A program made the translations under genes and the position numbers. From Thermoplasmatota archaeon (GTDB lineage Archaea > Thermoplasmatota > Thermoplasmata > UBA10834), in contig JBFMHR010000005.1 of the NCBI GenBank assembly GCA_040751795.1, positions 74,282 through 138,281 of the forward strand: a stretch of 64,000 nt of DNA. The letters run 5' to 3'. Under the pieces are notes generated by a model. That model was not told the origin of the DNA, searched no databases, and saw nothing but the letters and a program-made list of their open reading frames with translations. Below are positions 1 to 9,573 of the stretch, in pieces; within the stretch, counting starts at the first letter, position 1, and each line of letters opens with the position of its first letter.

Positions 1-919
1 ACCTGGTCGGGGGCGCCTCGACTATGGGCTCCTCGTCCTCCTTCTGCGTGAACCTGAGGACGAACACCGCCGCGATGACCAGCACTATACCCACGCTCTG
101 CAGGAGGTCGACCGTCTCCGAGATCAGCAGGACCGCCAGTATCACGCCCGACACCGGCTCTATCCCCGCGATCATGCTCGCCCTGCTCGCCTCGATGTGC
201 CTCAGGGCGAACATCGCGACCACGAACCCGAGCGTGCCGGGCAGGAGCCCCACGAGGAACATGTAGAGCCACGCGTCGGCCGAGAGGGGCGAGTCCAGGA
301 CGTCGAACGGGTTGACCGCAATCAGGAGCCCCGGGATCATGAGGAGCGTCATGTAGAGCGCCAGGGTGCTCGACGAGTACACCACAAGGAGCTTCTTGGC
401 CCAGACGTAGTAGACCGTCGCCGCGACGGCGGTGAACATCCCGAGGCCGACGCCGACGATGTTGAGCCTCACCGCCTCCAGGTCGTAGGCCTCCGCGACG
501 AGGACGCACCCCACGAAGGTCAGCGGGAGCGCGACCGCCTTCGAGGCGGTCATCCTCTCGCCGAGGAGGAAGATGGAGGCGATGGTGACCATGCTGGGGT
601 ACGAGTAGAGGAGTATGAGGGCGGTGGAGACGGAGGTCATGTCCACGGCGTTGTACCACGCCAGCGAGAAGAGTGTGCCGGTGATGACTGCGAATACCGT
701 CAGAGCGGGGAGGTCCTTCACCTTTATCCTGAACGCCTTCCTGTCGAACACCGCGAGGAGCCCGACGAGTATCACGGCCGACATCAGCGTCCCGAAGAGG
801 GCGACCTGGTTCGCGGTTGCCCCCGCCTCTATCGCGAGGACGGTGAATGTCCCGGACGTGCCCCACATGACGGCCGCGAAGGCCATCATGCCGTACGCCA
901 GGTTCTTCGAGATGTGCAT
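1..919 (-). CDS. EamA/DMT-family transporter, partial (C-terminal part lies beyond window start)
   Basis: Manual reverse-strand translation from an ATG near 919 (MHISKNLAYGMMAFAAVMWGTSG...) stays open to position 1. It reads as about 10 hydrophobic helices with the two-repeat EamA-like architecture. It is absent from the ORF track because it runs off the window. Start is approximate. Confidence 0.5.
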   Translation of the reverse strand, partial: MHISKNLAYGMMAFAAVMWGTSGTFTVLAIEAGATANQVALFGTLMSAVILVGLLAVFDRKAFRIKVKDLPALTVFAVITGTLFSLAWYNAVDMTSVSTALILLYSYPSMVTIASIFLLGERMTASKAVALPLTFVGCVLVAEAYDLEAVRLNIVGVGLGMFTAVAATVYYVWAKKLLVVYSSSTLALYMTLLMIPGLLIAVNPFDVLDSPLSADAWLYMFLVGLLPGTLGFVVAMFALRHIEASRASMIAGIEPVSGVILAVLLISETVDLLQSVGIVLVIAAVFVLRFTQKEDEEPIVEAPPTR

Positions 920-964
920 GGGTGCGCCCTCCCGGCCCGGTGTATGCGGATGTCCCTGATGAAC

Positions 965-2164
965 CTATGCCGGGCGGCGCCTTCCCGTGGCGACCAGCAG
1001 CACCGACGCCGCCACGGCCGTGCACGCCCCGAAGGCGAAGGTGGCCCACGGCCCCACCGAGTCCCAGAGGAGCCCTGCCACTATCCCGCCGGGGAGCATG
1101 ACGAGCCCGACCGACGTGTGGAAGGCCCCCAGGGCCGTCCCCCTCAGGTCCTTGGGTATCACGTCGACCACGTACGCCTTGAGCACCCCCTCGGAGGTGC
1201 CCTTGTACAGGCCGAACAGGGCGAAGCCGGCCATGAGGAGCACAAGCCCGTCGGCCACGGCCATGGTCGCGCACGTGACGACGAACATGGAGAACGAGAA
1301 CAGCACCACGGGCACCCGCCCGAGCCTGTCCGAGAGGCTCCCGGAGGGGATCGCCACCAGGACGAAGACGACGTTGTACAGTAGGTACAGGGCTATGATG
1401 GTCGTATCGGAGAGGCCGGCGTCCTGCCCCTTCAGCAGGAAGAAGGCGTAGCTGATCTCGCCCACGTAGAAGGTGACCACGACCGCCATGAGCGCCCAGA
1501 ACTCCCTCCCCAGCTTCGACATGTCCCGCAGGAAGGCCCCCCTCGCGGTCCGGGGCGCCCCCCTCCTCTCCCTCACGAACAGGGATATCACGGCCACTGC
1601 CGCGAAAGCCGGGACGACCGCGACCATGAACACGAGCCTGTACCTCTCGAGCTCCTCCATCGACGCCGCGAGGGCGAGCACGGCCAGCGCCGCGACGACG
1701 CCCGCGACCGCTCCCGCGGAGTCCATGGCCTTGTGGAACCCGAACGCCTTGCCCATCGACTCCGGGGCGGTCGAGTCGGCCACCAGGGCGTCCCTCGGGG
1801 CGCTCCTGACCCCCTTGCCGACCCTCTCGGTCACGCGTATGCCCAGGACGTGCCACGGGGACGTGGCGAGGATCAGGAGGGGCTTGACGGCCGCGCTGGA
1901 GCCGTAGCCGCCCAGCAGGAACGGCTTGCGCCTGTTGTACCTGTCCGAGAGCCATCCCGAGGCGACCTTGAGGAGCGACGCGGTCGTCTCGGCCGCCCCC
2001 TCGATCATCCCTATGAGCAGGCCGCCGGCGCCGATGCTCACCAGGAAGAGCGGGAGCACCGCGTAGATCATGTCGCTGCTCAGGTCCGTGAGGAAGCTGA
2101 CCACTCCGAGGACGAGGACGTTCGCGCTCACCCCCCGGAGCAGCCTCCTGCGGGTCTCCGACAT
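965..2164 (-). CDS. MFS-family transporter
   Basis: Track ORF 965..2203 (412 aa) has 12 predicted TM helices and MFS-like loop motifs (e.g. LSDRYNRRKP, LSDRLGR). An internal ATG (MSETRRR...) at 2164 was chosen. The alternative is an alt-start at 2203. Confidence 0.75.
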   Translation of the reverse strand: MSETRRRLLRGVSANVLVLGVVSFLTDLSSDMIYAVLPLFLVSIGAGGLLIGMIEGAAETTASLLKVASGWLSDRYNRRKPFLLGGYGSSAAVKPLLILATSPWHVLGIRVTERVGKGVRSAPRDALVADSTAPESMGKAFGFHKAMDSAGAVAGVVAALAVLALAASMEELERYRLVFMVAVVPAFAAVAVISLFVRERRGAPRTARGAFLRDMSKLGREFWALMAVVVTFYVGEISYAFFLLKGQDAGLSDTTIIALYLLYNVVFVLVAIPSGSLSDRLGRVPVVLFSFSMFVVTCATMAVADGLVLLMAGFALFGLYKGTSEGVLKAYVVDVIPKDLRGTALGAFHTSVGLVMLPGGIVAGLLWDSVGPWATFAFGACTAVAASVLLVATGRRRPA

Positions 2165-2262
2165 CGGCCGTCCCCAGCCTTTGTCGGGATTTAACCTTTG
2201 CACCTCCGACCCGCCGCGCCGCCGGTGAAGCTTATCGAGTACCTAGTGGATTACGTGGCCGC

Positions 2263-3027
2263 ATGAAAGCGAAGGAAGTGCCCGTGGACCTGCGCTCCAG
2301 GCTGAAGGACGCCGCGACCAGGAGGGGGGCGGTCGTGTTCGGCGTGGCGTCGGTCGAGGCCGCCGACTCCCTCCCCAGGGTCAAGGTCGGCTACACGATC
2401 AACAGGTGGACCGAGCCGATCAGGAAGGGCATGCCCCAGGCGAGGAGCGCCGTGGTGTACGGCATACAGTCGGCCGACGACTCCGACGAGCTCGAGGTGA
2501 GGAGGCCGGACGGGCGGCTCGCCTACCCGGGGTACATGCCCATCAGCGTGATAGCCCGCGACCTGATCGCGATACTGAAGAACGAGGGCTGGAGGGCGTC
2601 CTTCGGGCACGAGCTCATACACCACAAGAGCCTCGCGATGCTGGCCGGCGTCGGCTCGTACGGGAAGAACTCGCTCATCATCTCCCCGAAGCACGGGCCG
2701 TGGCTCAGGTTCGGCGTGGTCATCACCGACGCCCCCCTGGAGGCGGACGAGCCCCTCGGCAAGGACCTCTGCGGCAAGTGCACGAGGTGCATGAGGGCGT
2801 GCCCGGCCGGCGCGCTGGAGAAGGCCTTCACGGTGGACGCGGACAGGTGCCTCGTGGGCGCGGGGGAGCTCGAGGACCCCCCGAAGGCGCTCAGGCCCCT
2901 CCTCGCGAAGCACGAGCCGAAGCTCACCCCGCGGACGAGGGTGATGTGCACGGTGTGTCAGATGGCCTGCCCCTACACCCCAGCCGAGAGGAGGCGGAAC
3001 ACCTTCTCCCTCGGCAGGTCCCGGTAG
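2263..3027 (+). CDS. DUF1730/QueG-like 4Fe-4S ferredoxin-domain protein
   Basis: 254 aa. A GKNSLIISPKHGPWLRFGVV block is followed by CGKCTRCMRACP and C..CQMACPY, two CxxCxxCxxxCP-type cluster motifs. This resembles the C-terminal half of epoxyqueuosine-reductase-like proteins. Confidence 0.45.
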   Translation: MKAKEVPVDLRSRLKDAATRRGAVVFGVASVEAADSLPRVKVGYTINRWTEPIRKGMPQARSAVVYGIQSADDSDELEVRRPDGRLAYPGYMPISVIARDLIAILKNEGWRASFGHELIHHKSLAMLAGVGSYGKNSLIISPKHGPWLRFGVVITDAPLEADEPLGKDLCGKCTRCMRACPAGALEKAFTVDADRCLVGAGELEDPPKALRPLLAKHEPKLTPRTRVMCTVCQMACPYTPAERRRNTFSLGRSR

Positions 3028-3087
3028 TCGCCGCAGCCGCCCCCGACGGCGGTACTGGCGCCCTTGGATTGGCCGGCTCGTGACACA

Positions 3088-3102
3088 AGAAGTTTTAAAT
3101 GG
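3088..3102 (+). promoter_or_regulatory. TATA-like box (TTTTAAAT) about 27 nt upstream of the purP ATG
   Basis: An AT-rich hexa/octamer sits in otherwise GC-rich DNA at the canonical archaeal distance from a leaderless start. Coordinates are approximate. Confidence 0.4.
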
Positions 3103-3123
3103 GGTAACCGGATATTGCCGGCA

Positions 3124-4194
3124 ATGGTTCCAAGGGAACGCATAGCCAAGATGGTCGAGGGCTACGACCGCGACAAGCTCACCATAGCGACCGTGTGCTC
3201 CCACACCTCGCTGCAGATCTTCGACGGCGCCCGCAAGGAGGGGCTGAGGACCCTCGGCATCACGGTCGGGCAGCACATCAAGTTCTACGACGCCTTCCCG
3301 AGGGGCAAGCCCGACGAGTTCCTCAAGGTCGGCTCCTACATGGACCTGCTCGACATGTCGGACGAGCTCGCCGCTCGGAACGTCATACTCGTCCCGCACG
3401 GCTCCTTCGTCGAGTACATGACCCCGAAGATGTTCGAGGAGATCGAGGCCCCGACATTCGGCAACAGGCGCGTCCTCGAGTGGGAGAGCAACAGGACGAT
3501 GGAGAGGGAGTGGCTCGTCTCGGCGGGCGCGGAGATGCCCAACATCATCGAGGACCCGAAGATGATCGACCGGCCGGTGCTGGTCAAGTACGACGGCGCC
3601 AAGGGCGGCCGCGGGTTCTTCATCGCCAAGGACTACCCCGACTTCAAGCTCGGGATAGACAGCTCCCAGAGATTCACGATCCAGGAGTACGTCCTCGGCA
3701 CGAGGTACTACGTCCACTTCTTCTACTCGCCCATCAGGACCGAGGGGTACAGGCTGAAGAAGGGCGTGCTCGAGCTCCTGAGCATGGACAGGAGGGACGA
3801 GTCCAACGTCGACGAGATGTACAAGCTCGGCGCGCAGGAGGAGCTGAAGAAGCTCGGCTTCTTCCCGTCGTTCGTGGTCACGGGCAACATCCCCGTGGTC
3901 GCGAGGGAGTCGCTCCTCCCCAAGATGCTGGACCTGGGGGAGAAGGTCGTCGAGCGCTCCATAGAGCTCTTCGGCGGCATGATTGGCCCCTTCTGCCTCG
4001 AGAGCATAGTCACGGACGACCTCAGGATCAAGGTCTTCGAGATCTCCTCGAGGATCGTCGCGGGCACCAACCCGTTCATATCCGGCTCGCCCTACTCTGA
4101 CCTCCTGGAGCCCAACGTGTCCACGGGCCGCAGGATAGCGCAGGAGGTAAGGTACGCGGCCGAGAAGGGCCTCCTCCCGGAGGTGGTCTCGTGA
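3124..4194 (+). CDS. purP: 5-formaminoimidazole-4-carboxamide ribonucleotide (FAICAR) synthetase PurP
   Basis: Strong resemblance to archaeal PurP along the whole length (KLTIATVCSHTSLQI, VPHGSFVEY, FGNRRVLEWES, VKYDGAKGGRGFFIA, VVTGNIPVVARESLLP, GPFCLES). Start set at MVPRER by alignment logic to known PurP N-termini. Confidence 0.85.
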   Translation: MVPRERIAKMVEGYDRDKLTIATVCSHTSLQIFDGARKEGLRTLGITVGQHIKFYDAFPRGKPDEFLKVGSYMDLLDMSDELAARNVILVPHGSFVEYMTPKMFEEIEAPTFGNRRVLEWESNRTMEREWLVSAGAEMPNIIEDPKMIDRPVLVKYDGAKGGRGFFIAKDYPDFKLGIDSSQRFTIQEYVLGTRYYVHFFYSPIRTEGYRLKKGVLELLSMDRRDESNVDEMYKLGAQEELKKLGFFPSFVVTGNIPVVARESLLPKMLDLGEKVVERSIELFGGMIGPFCLESIVTDDLRIKVFEISSRIVAGTNPFISGSPYSDLLEPNVSTGRRIAQEVRYAAEKGLLPEVVS

Positions 4195-4979
4195 GGCAGT
4201 TCTTCTTCATACTCGCCGACGCGGAGCTGGAGCTCATCCCCCCGGAGATACTGGGGGAGAGGTGCATCCAGAACAACGCCCGCGCCAGGGGCAAGGCCCC
4301 GGAGAAGATCCTCCTCGACGCGTCGCACCACCACCCGGCGTTCGGGAAGCTCAGGGACTCCGACAGGCGCGGCAGGCCGGACATAACCCACTTCTTCCTC
4401 ATGCTCTGCCTCGACTCCGACCTCTCCTTCGAGAAGAGGCTCAGGGCCTTCGTGCACACCCGCAACGACGACGTCATCGCCGTGAACCCGGAGACGCGGC
4501 TCCCGCCGAACTACCCGCGCTTCGTCGGCCTCATCGAGACGCTCTACGAGAAGCAGGTCGTCCCGTCCGCCGAGAACGCCCTCCTCGAGCTGAGGCACGG
4601 CGTCCCGCTGGAGACGCTGGTCGCGGCCCTAAAGCCCGACGAGATAGTCGTCCTGGACTCGACGGGCGAGAAGACCGACGTCCTCCCCCGGAGGATGGCC
4701 GAGCTCGAGGGCGAGAGGGTCGTCGTGATCATAGGCGGGTTCTCGAAGGGGTGCTTCCGCACCGACCTCAAGAAGCTGAAGCCGGCGCCAAGGTGCTACT
4801 CGCTCGGCGAGCGCATGATGAAGGTCTGGACGGTGACGGCGAAGGTCCTCTGCTCGATAGACATGTCGGAGAGGATGGCCGTGCCGGCCGAGGCCCCCGG
4901 GCCGGCCGACGCGCCCAAGCCGAAGAAGGTCAGAGCACCTTCAAAACCTCGTCCCGCTCGGAAGAAGAAAGCGGAGTAG
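4191..4979 (+). CDS. nep1: Ribosome biogenesis SPOUT methyltransferase Nep1 (EMG1) with C-terminal Lys-rich extension
   Basis: ILADAELELIPPEI, RGRPDITHFFLMLCLDSDL, HTRNDDVIAVNPETRLPPNYPRFVGL and IIGGFSKG match Nep1 hallmarks. A GTG start overlaps the purP stop (GTGA). About 55 extra C-terminal residues end in a KPKKVRAPSKPRPARKKKAE tail. Confidence 0.8.
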   Translation: MRQFFFILADAELELIPPEILGERCIQNNARARGKAPEKILLDASHHHPAFGKLRDSDRRGRPDITHFFLMLCLDSDLSFEKRLRAFVHTRNDDVIAVNPETRLPPNYPRFVGLIETLYEKQVVPSAENALLELRHGVPLETLVAALKPDEIVVLDSTGEKTDVLPRRMAELEGERVVVIIGGFSKGCFRTDLKKLKPAPRCYSLGERMMKVWTVTAKVLCSIDMSERMAVPAEAPGPADAPKPKKVRAPSKPRPARKKKAE

Positions 4980-5928
4980 ACCTTCCCCCGCTCACCAGCG
5001 TGGACGCGCCCTTCCTGCCGCCGACCTTGCCGATTATCCTGGCGGGGACGCCCCTGGCCTGGAGGGCGGAGACGTACTTCTCCGCGTCGTGCTGCTTGAA
5101 CGTGGCCAGCAGGGCCCCGGAGCCGAGGAGGCCCAGCGGGTCGATGCCGTAGTGGCCGCATATCGCGCGCGTCTCAGGCCCGACGATGACCTCGTCGGCC
5201 CAGAGCTCGATGGACTTCCCTGACGCCTCGGCCAGCTCGCGGACGCCCATGGCGACGCCGCCCTCCGTGGGGTCGTGCATCGAGTGGACGCCGAACTCCA
5301 GCGCCGCCCTCGCCTCGGGCAGCACCGAGAGGCCAGGCCTCAGCAGGTACCTCGCGGCGCGGTCGACCGTGCGCTTCCCGAGCGCCCTGACCAGCTCGCC
5401 CCGTTTCTCCCTGGCGATGAGCGCGGTCCCCTCTATGCCCGCTCCCTTCGTCAGGACGACCGCGTCCCTCGCCTCCGCCGCGCAGGTCATGACCGGGCTG
5501 CCGCCGACGAGGACGCCGTGCATGTCGCCGACCACGATGGGCCTGTCTATCCCGGGGGTGACCTCGGTGTGGCCGCCCGTGACGGCGATGCCGAGCGACT
5601 TGGCCGCCTTGGAGATCTGCCTGAATATGTCCTCGACGAGCGCCTCGCCCGAGCCCTCGGGGAGGAGCACCGTCGCCTGGAACCAGGCGGGCTCAGCGCC
5701 CCTCGTCGCCACGTCGTTGGCGTTGACGTGGACCGCGTACCAGCCGATCATGTCGGCCGCGTACGTGACCGGGTCGGTCTTGAGGACGATGGTGTAGGGC
5801 CCGAGCTTGACCAGGGCCGCGTCCTCGCCCAGTTTCGGCCCCAGCAGCACCCTCCTATCGGGGGCGCCGCCGTGCCTGAGCATCCTCCTCAGGAGCTCCG
5901 GGGGCAGCTTCCCCGTCCTCAGCGCCAT
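4930..5928 (-). CDS. AIR-synthase-related (PurM-like fold) protein
   Basis: A 332-aa reading frame from MALRTGKLPPELL to the stop. It is embedded in a spurious 953-aa track ORF. It has the PurM-like N- and C-domain pattern (GEDAALV..., VTGGHTEV, DPTEGG). The HypE/ThiL/selenophosphate-synthetase-related subfamily was not resolved. Confidence 0.6.
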   Translation of the reverse strand: MALRTGKLPPELLRRMLRHGGAPDRRVLLGPKLGEDAALVKLGPYTIVLKTDPVTYAADMIGWYAVHVNANDVATRGAEPAWFQATVLLPEGSGEALVEDIFRQISKAAKSLGIAVTGGHTEVTPGIDRPIVVGDMHGVLVGGSPVMTCAAEARDAVVLTKGAGIEGTALIAREKRGELVRALGKRTVDRAARYLLRPGLSVLPEARAALEFGVHSMHDPTEGGVAMGVRELAEASGKSIELWADEVIVGPETRAICGHYGIDPLGLLGSGALLATFKQHDAEKYVSALQARGVPARIIGKVGGRKGASTLVSGGRSTPLSSSERDEVLKVL

Positions 5929-6013
5929 CGGCGGTTCGAAGGCCTTCGACGGATAATAGCCTATGCGTCCCGGGTGGCACGCTCCCGCCGCGATGACCAA
6001 AGCCGGACAACAA

Positions 6014-6026
6014 TGCTTTATATTGC
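6014..6026 (+). promoter_or_regulatory. TATA-like box (CTTTATATT) about 28 nt upstream of the aminotransferase ATG
   Basis: AT-rich element in the intergenic region between the divergent PurM-like and aminotransferase genes. Confidence 0.4.
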
Positions 6027-6051
6027 GGCTCCTCCTGACCCCTTCCGGGCG

Positions 6052-7209
6052 ATGCACATGATCGCAGACCGCATCAAGAACGTGAAAGAGTCGGGCACGA
6101 TGAAGATGAAGGAGCTGGCCGGCCAGAAGAAGGCCGAGGGCAAGAAGATCATCTCCTTCACCGTCGGGGAGCCGGACTTCGACACGCCGAAGCACATAGT
6201 GGAGGCCGCGAAGAAGGCGCTGGACGAGGGCAAGACCAGGTACCTGGACGGGCCCGGGCTGCCGGCGCTCAGGGAGGCCATAGCCAAGAGGTCCAAGGCG
6301 GACAACGGCGTCCCGTGCGAGGCGTCCAACGTCATGGTCACGCCCACCAAGCAGGCCATATTCATGACCATCATGGCGACCGTGAACCCGGGCGAGGAGG
6401 TCATCATGCCCGACCCCGCGTGGGTCACCTACGAGCCCTGCGTCGCCCTCGCCGGGGGGAGGGCGGTCCCGGCCATCACGAAGGAGGAGTCCCAGTTCAG
6501 GGTCCTCCCGGAGACGGTCGCGGAGCTCATCACCCCCAAGACGAAGATGATACTCCTCAACTCGCCCTCGAACCCGTGCGGGTCCGTGGCGACGAAGGGG
6601 GACGTCAAGGGCATCGCCGACCTCGCCAAGGACCACGGCCTGGTCGTGCTCTCGGACGAGGTCTACGAGAAGATCATATTCGACGGCCTGAAGCACTACT
6701 CCATCGCCGCCGAGCCGGGGATGTTCGACAGGACCGTGACGATAAGCGGGTTCTCGAAGACCTACGCCATGACCGGCTGGAGGATGGGGTGGCTGGTCGC
6801 GCCGAAGCCCCTGTTCAAGGCCATCAGCAAGATCCAGCAGCACTCGATAACCCACGCCACGACCTTCGCCCAGTACGGCGGCCTCGCGGCGCTGACGGAG
6901 CCGCAGGACTGCGTCGAGGAGATGGTCAAGGAGTTCAACGAGCGCAGGGACCTCATCATGAGGCTGATGAAGGAGATACCCCAGTTCCACTGCGACACCC
7001 CGAAGGGCGCGTTCTACGTCTTCCCCAGGTACGAGGGCAGGATGGGCTCCGAGGAGATGGCCCTCCACCTGATGGACAAGGCGGAGGTCGCGCTCACGGG
7101 AGGCTCGTCGTTCGGCGGCGCGGGCGAGAAGCACCTGCGCATTTCCTACGCGACGGGCAAGAAGAACATCGAGGAGGGCATGGCCAGGCTGAAGAAGGCG
7201 ATGGCCTAG
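6052..7209 (+). CDS. Class-I (AspB-like) aspartate/aromatic aminotransferase, PLP-dependent
   Basis: 385 aa with GEPDFDTP, LNSPSNPCGSV and SGFSKTYAMTGWRMGW (Schiff-base Lys region). Start derived by residue counting from the stop. Confidence 0.8.
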   Translation: MHMIADRIKNVKESGTMKMKELAGQKKAEGKKIISFTVGEPDFDTPKHIVEAAKKALDEGKTRYLDGPGLPALREAIAKRSKADNGVPCEASNVMVTPTKQAIFMTIMATVNPGEEVIMPDPAWVTYEPCVALAGGRAVPAITKEESQFRVLPETVAELITPKTKMILLNSPSNPCGSVATKGDVKGIADLAKDHGLVVLSDEVYEKIIFDGLKHYSIAAEPGMFDRTVTISGFSKTYAMTGWRMGWLVAPKPLFKAISKIQQHSITHATTFAQYGGLAALTEPQDCVEEMVKEFNERRDLIMRLMKEIPQFHCDTPKGAFYVFPRYEGRMGSEEMALHLMDKAEVALTGGSSFGGAGEKHLRISYATGKKNIEEGMARLKKAMA

Positions 7210-7778
7210 GCCGCCTTCCTCCTCAAACCGCTCAACCTCTTCTTCTTCACTACCTTCTTCCTGACGACCTTCGGCTCCTCGGAGAGCATCTTCGTCGCGG
7301 GGAACTTGTCCAGCTCGAGGCGCTTCATCATCATGTGCGGCTTGAAGCCGAGCTGCCCCCACGCCGCCCTCGCCTCGAGGTTGGCCGCCGCCACGTTGAG
7401 CTGGACGGTCGCCACCCTGTTCTTCTTGAACCACCTGAGGGCGACCTTCAGCATCTCCCTGGCGACGCCCCTCTTGCGGAGCTCGGGGGCGACGTAGACG
7501 TCCGAGACGACGCCCAGGGTCCTCTCCTTGAACACGGGGGCGTTGGGGCTCAGGAGGCAGAGCATGAAGCCGACGAGCCGGCCGTCCTGGGTGGCGACCA
7601 ACAGCTTGGTGCTCCTCTCCGAGTACTTGCTGGCCAGGTACTTCGAGAACCTGCGCACGCCGTCCCTGGAGAGGGTGAAGTGGTGGGAGAGCCTGGTGTG
7701 GTGCTCGATCATCTGCTCCCAGAGCCCGACGACGCCGGGGAGGTCCTCCGGGCGCGCCTCGCGCACCTCTATCCTCAC
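7206..7778 (-). CDS. GNAT-family N-acetyltransferase with Lys-rich C-terminal tail
   Basis: 190 aa. An acetyl-CoA binding region (VAPELRKRGVAREML) sits in a GNAT fold pattern. The C-terminus reads VVRKKVVKKKRLSGLRRKAA. Confidence 0.7.
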   Translation of the reverse strand: MRIEVREARPEDLPGVVGLWEQMIEHHTRLSHHFTLSRDGVRRFSKYLASKYSERSTKLLVATQDGRLVGFMLCLLSPNAPVFKERTLGVVSDVYVAPELRKRGVAREMLKVALRWFKKNRVATVQLNVAAANLEARAAWGQLGFKPHMMMKRLELDKFPATKMLSEEPKVVRKKVVKKKRLSGLRRKAA

Positions 7779-7835
7779 GGTGTCGATCCAATCACCCTGC
7801 CCACATGGACGGGGGAATGATTGCCCGGACAGGCC

Positions 7836-9413
7836 TTAAAGCCTGACGTAGGTCGCGGACCTCAGGTCGGGTATGGCCCGGACCTTCTCCATGACCTCGG
7901 GGGGTATCCGGTCGTCGATCTCGAGTATCATCACCGCGGGGCCGCGGGTCTGCCTCCTCGCGACCTCCATGCTGGCGATGTTGACGTCGTTGTCGCCGAG
8001 AACGGTGCCGACCTTCCCTATCATGCCGGGCTTGTCCATGTGCGATATGAGCAGGAGGTCGCCCTCAGGGACGATGTCGACCATGTTGCCGTCTATCTCC
8101 ACCAGCCTCGCGCCCTTGTCGGGCATGAGCGAGCCGGCGACGGAAGCGGCTATGCCGTCCGTGTGCATCGTCACCCTGATGAGGTTCTTGTACGGTCCGG
8201 CGTCCTCGGAGGTGGACGACACTATCTCTATCCCCCTGGCCTTCGCGAAGGCGAGGGCGTTGATGTAGTTCACGGTCGTCTCGTCGGATATGGGCTTCAG
8301 GAGGCCCGTGACGACCGACGCCGATATGATCCGCACGTCCTTCTGGGCCAGCTCGCCCCTGCACGACACCTCGACCCTTCCGGTCCCGGGCTTGCCCACC
8401 TGGCATATGAAGGTTCCGAGCTTCTCCGCGAGGGGCATGTACGGGATGATCTCCGGGTCGAGCTTGGCCGGGAGGTTCAGGGCGTTCCTGATGATGTTGT
8501 CCTTGATGTAGGCGATGACCTGCTCCGCGATCTCCGAGCCGACGTCCTCCTGCGCCTCCTTCGTCGTGGCGCCCAGGTGGGGCGTGAGGACGACGCTGTC
8601 GAGGGTCAGCAGCCTCGAACCCTTCGGCGGCTCCTCCGTGAACACGTCCAGGGCGGCGCCGGCGAGCCTCCCCTCGGCCAGCGCGTCGTAGAGGGCGTCC
8701 TCGTTGACGACCCCTCCCCTGGCGCAGTTGACTATCATGGCGCTCTTCTTCATCCTCGCCAGTTCGGGCCTGCCGAGCATGTCCTTCGTCTGCGGCGTCA
8801 GGGGCGTGTGCACCGTGACGAAGTCCGCCTCCTCCAGGAGCCTGTCGAGCGTGACGAGCCTGACGTGGAGCCTCACGCCCACCTCCGGCGACACGAGCGG
8901 GTCGAAGGCTATGACCTTCATGCCGAGGGCGGCCGCGCGCTTCGAGACCTCCGCGCCGACCCTGCCCAGGCCGACTATGCCCAGGGTCTTCCCGGCTATC
9001 TGGAGCCCCTTGAGCTCCTTCCTCTTCCACTCGCCCCTCTTGGTGGAGGCGTCCGCCTGCGGGATCCTCCGGGCGAGGGCGAACAGCAGCCCTATGGTTA
9101 GCTCCGCCGTGGAGACGACGTTGCCGGACGGGGCGTTCATGACGAGTATGCCCCTCTCGGTGGCCGCGGCCAGGTCGATGTTGTCCACCCCTATCCCGGC
9201 CCTGCCTATGACCTTCAGCCTCGAGGCCTGTATGACCTTCCTCGTGGCCTTGGTGGCGCTCCTCACTATCAGGACGTCGTAGTCGCCGATGGCCTTGACC
9301 AGCTCGTCCTCCTTGAGCCCGAGCTTCACGTCGACCTTGTAGCCCTGGGCCTTCAGCATCTCGACGCCGCCCTTCGATATCTCGTCCGCGACGAGGACCT
9401 TCATCCGTCTCAC
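7836..9413 (-). CDS. serA: D-3-phosphoglycerate dehydrogenase with C-terminal ACT domain
   Basis: 525 aa. NAD-binding GIVGLGRVG, catalytic His region (HLGATT), and ASB plus ACT-like C-terminal domains. Alternative start at MKVLVADE (9401). Confidence 0.85.
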   Translation of the reverse strand: MRRMKVLVADEISKGGVEMLKAQGYKVDVKLGLKEDELVKAIGDYDVLIVRSATKATRKVIQASRLKVIGRAGIGVDNIDLAAATERGILVMNAPSGNVVSTAELTIGLLFALARRIPQADASTKRGEWKRKELKGLQIAGKTLGIVGLGRVGAEVSKRAAALGMKVIAFDPLVSPEVGVRLHVRLVTLDRLLEEADFVTVHTPLTPQTKDMLGRPELARMKKSAMIVNCARGGVVNEDALYDALAEGRLAGAALDVFTEEPPKGSRLLTLDSVVLTPHLGATTKEAQEDVGSEIAEQVIAYIKDNIIRNALNLPAKLDPEIIPYMPLAEKLGTFICQVGKPGTGRVEVSCRGELAQKDVRIISASVVTGLLKPISDETTVNYINALAFAKARGIEIVSSTSEDAGPYKNLIRVTMHTDGIAASVAGSLMPDKGARLVEIDGNMVDIVPEGDLLLISHMDKPGMIGKVGTVLGDNDVNIASMEVARRQTRGPAVMILEIDDRIPPEVMEKVRAIPDLRSATYVRL

Positions 9414-9573
9414 CAGCCCGCGCAGGCCGCGCGGCCCATCTGGAACAGGGGCACCCCGATATCAATCTGTTGCACGGGGCCAGGCAGGGAACGTTGCTTT
9501 GTGTACCTCGCCGGGGCCCGCGCCGGGGAGGCAATACCCCTATATACCTTCCCCGCGCCTCCATTGGGAGACG

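Noticed and set aside
197-1384. 395-aa plus-strand ORF at the window start (and 615..959, 987..1451 ORFs)
   Set aside because: Charged, low-complexity translation (EHRDHEPERAGQ...). The opposite strand gives a clean multi-helix DMT-type transporter followed by an MFS transporter.
5920-5945. GGTTCGAAGGCC T-loop-like string suggesting a tRNA
   Set aside because: It lies inside the start of the PurM-like CDS. No acceptor/anticodon stem complementarity could be built around it.
4930-7791. 953-aa minus-strand ORF spanning the PurM-like gene, the aminotransferase antisense and the GNAT region
   Set aside because: Its N-terminal about 620 residues are R/G/P/H/D-rich with no motifs, and they are antisense to well-supported genes (aspartate aminotransferase, GNAT). 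Only the C-terminal 332 aa (from MALRTGK) look like a real protein. Long antisense ORFs are expected in GC-rich DNA.
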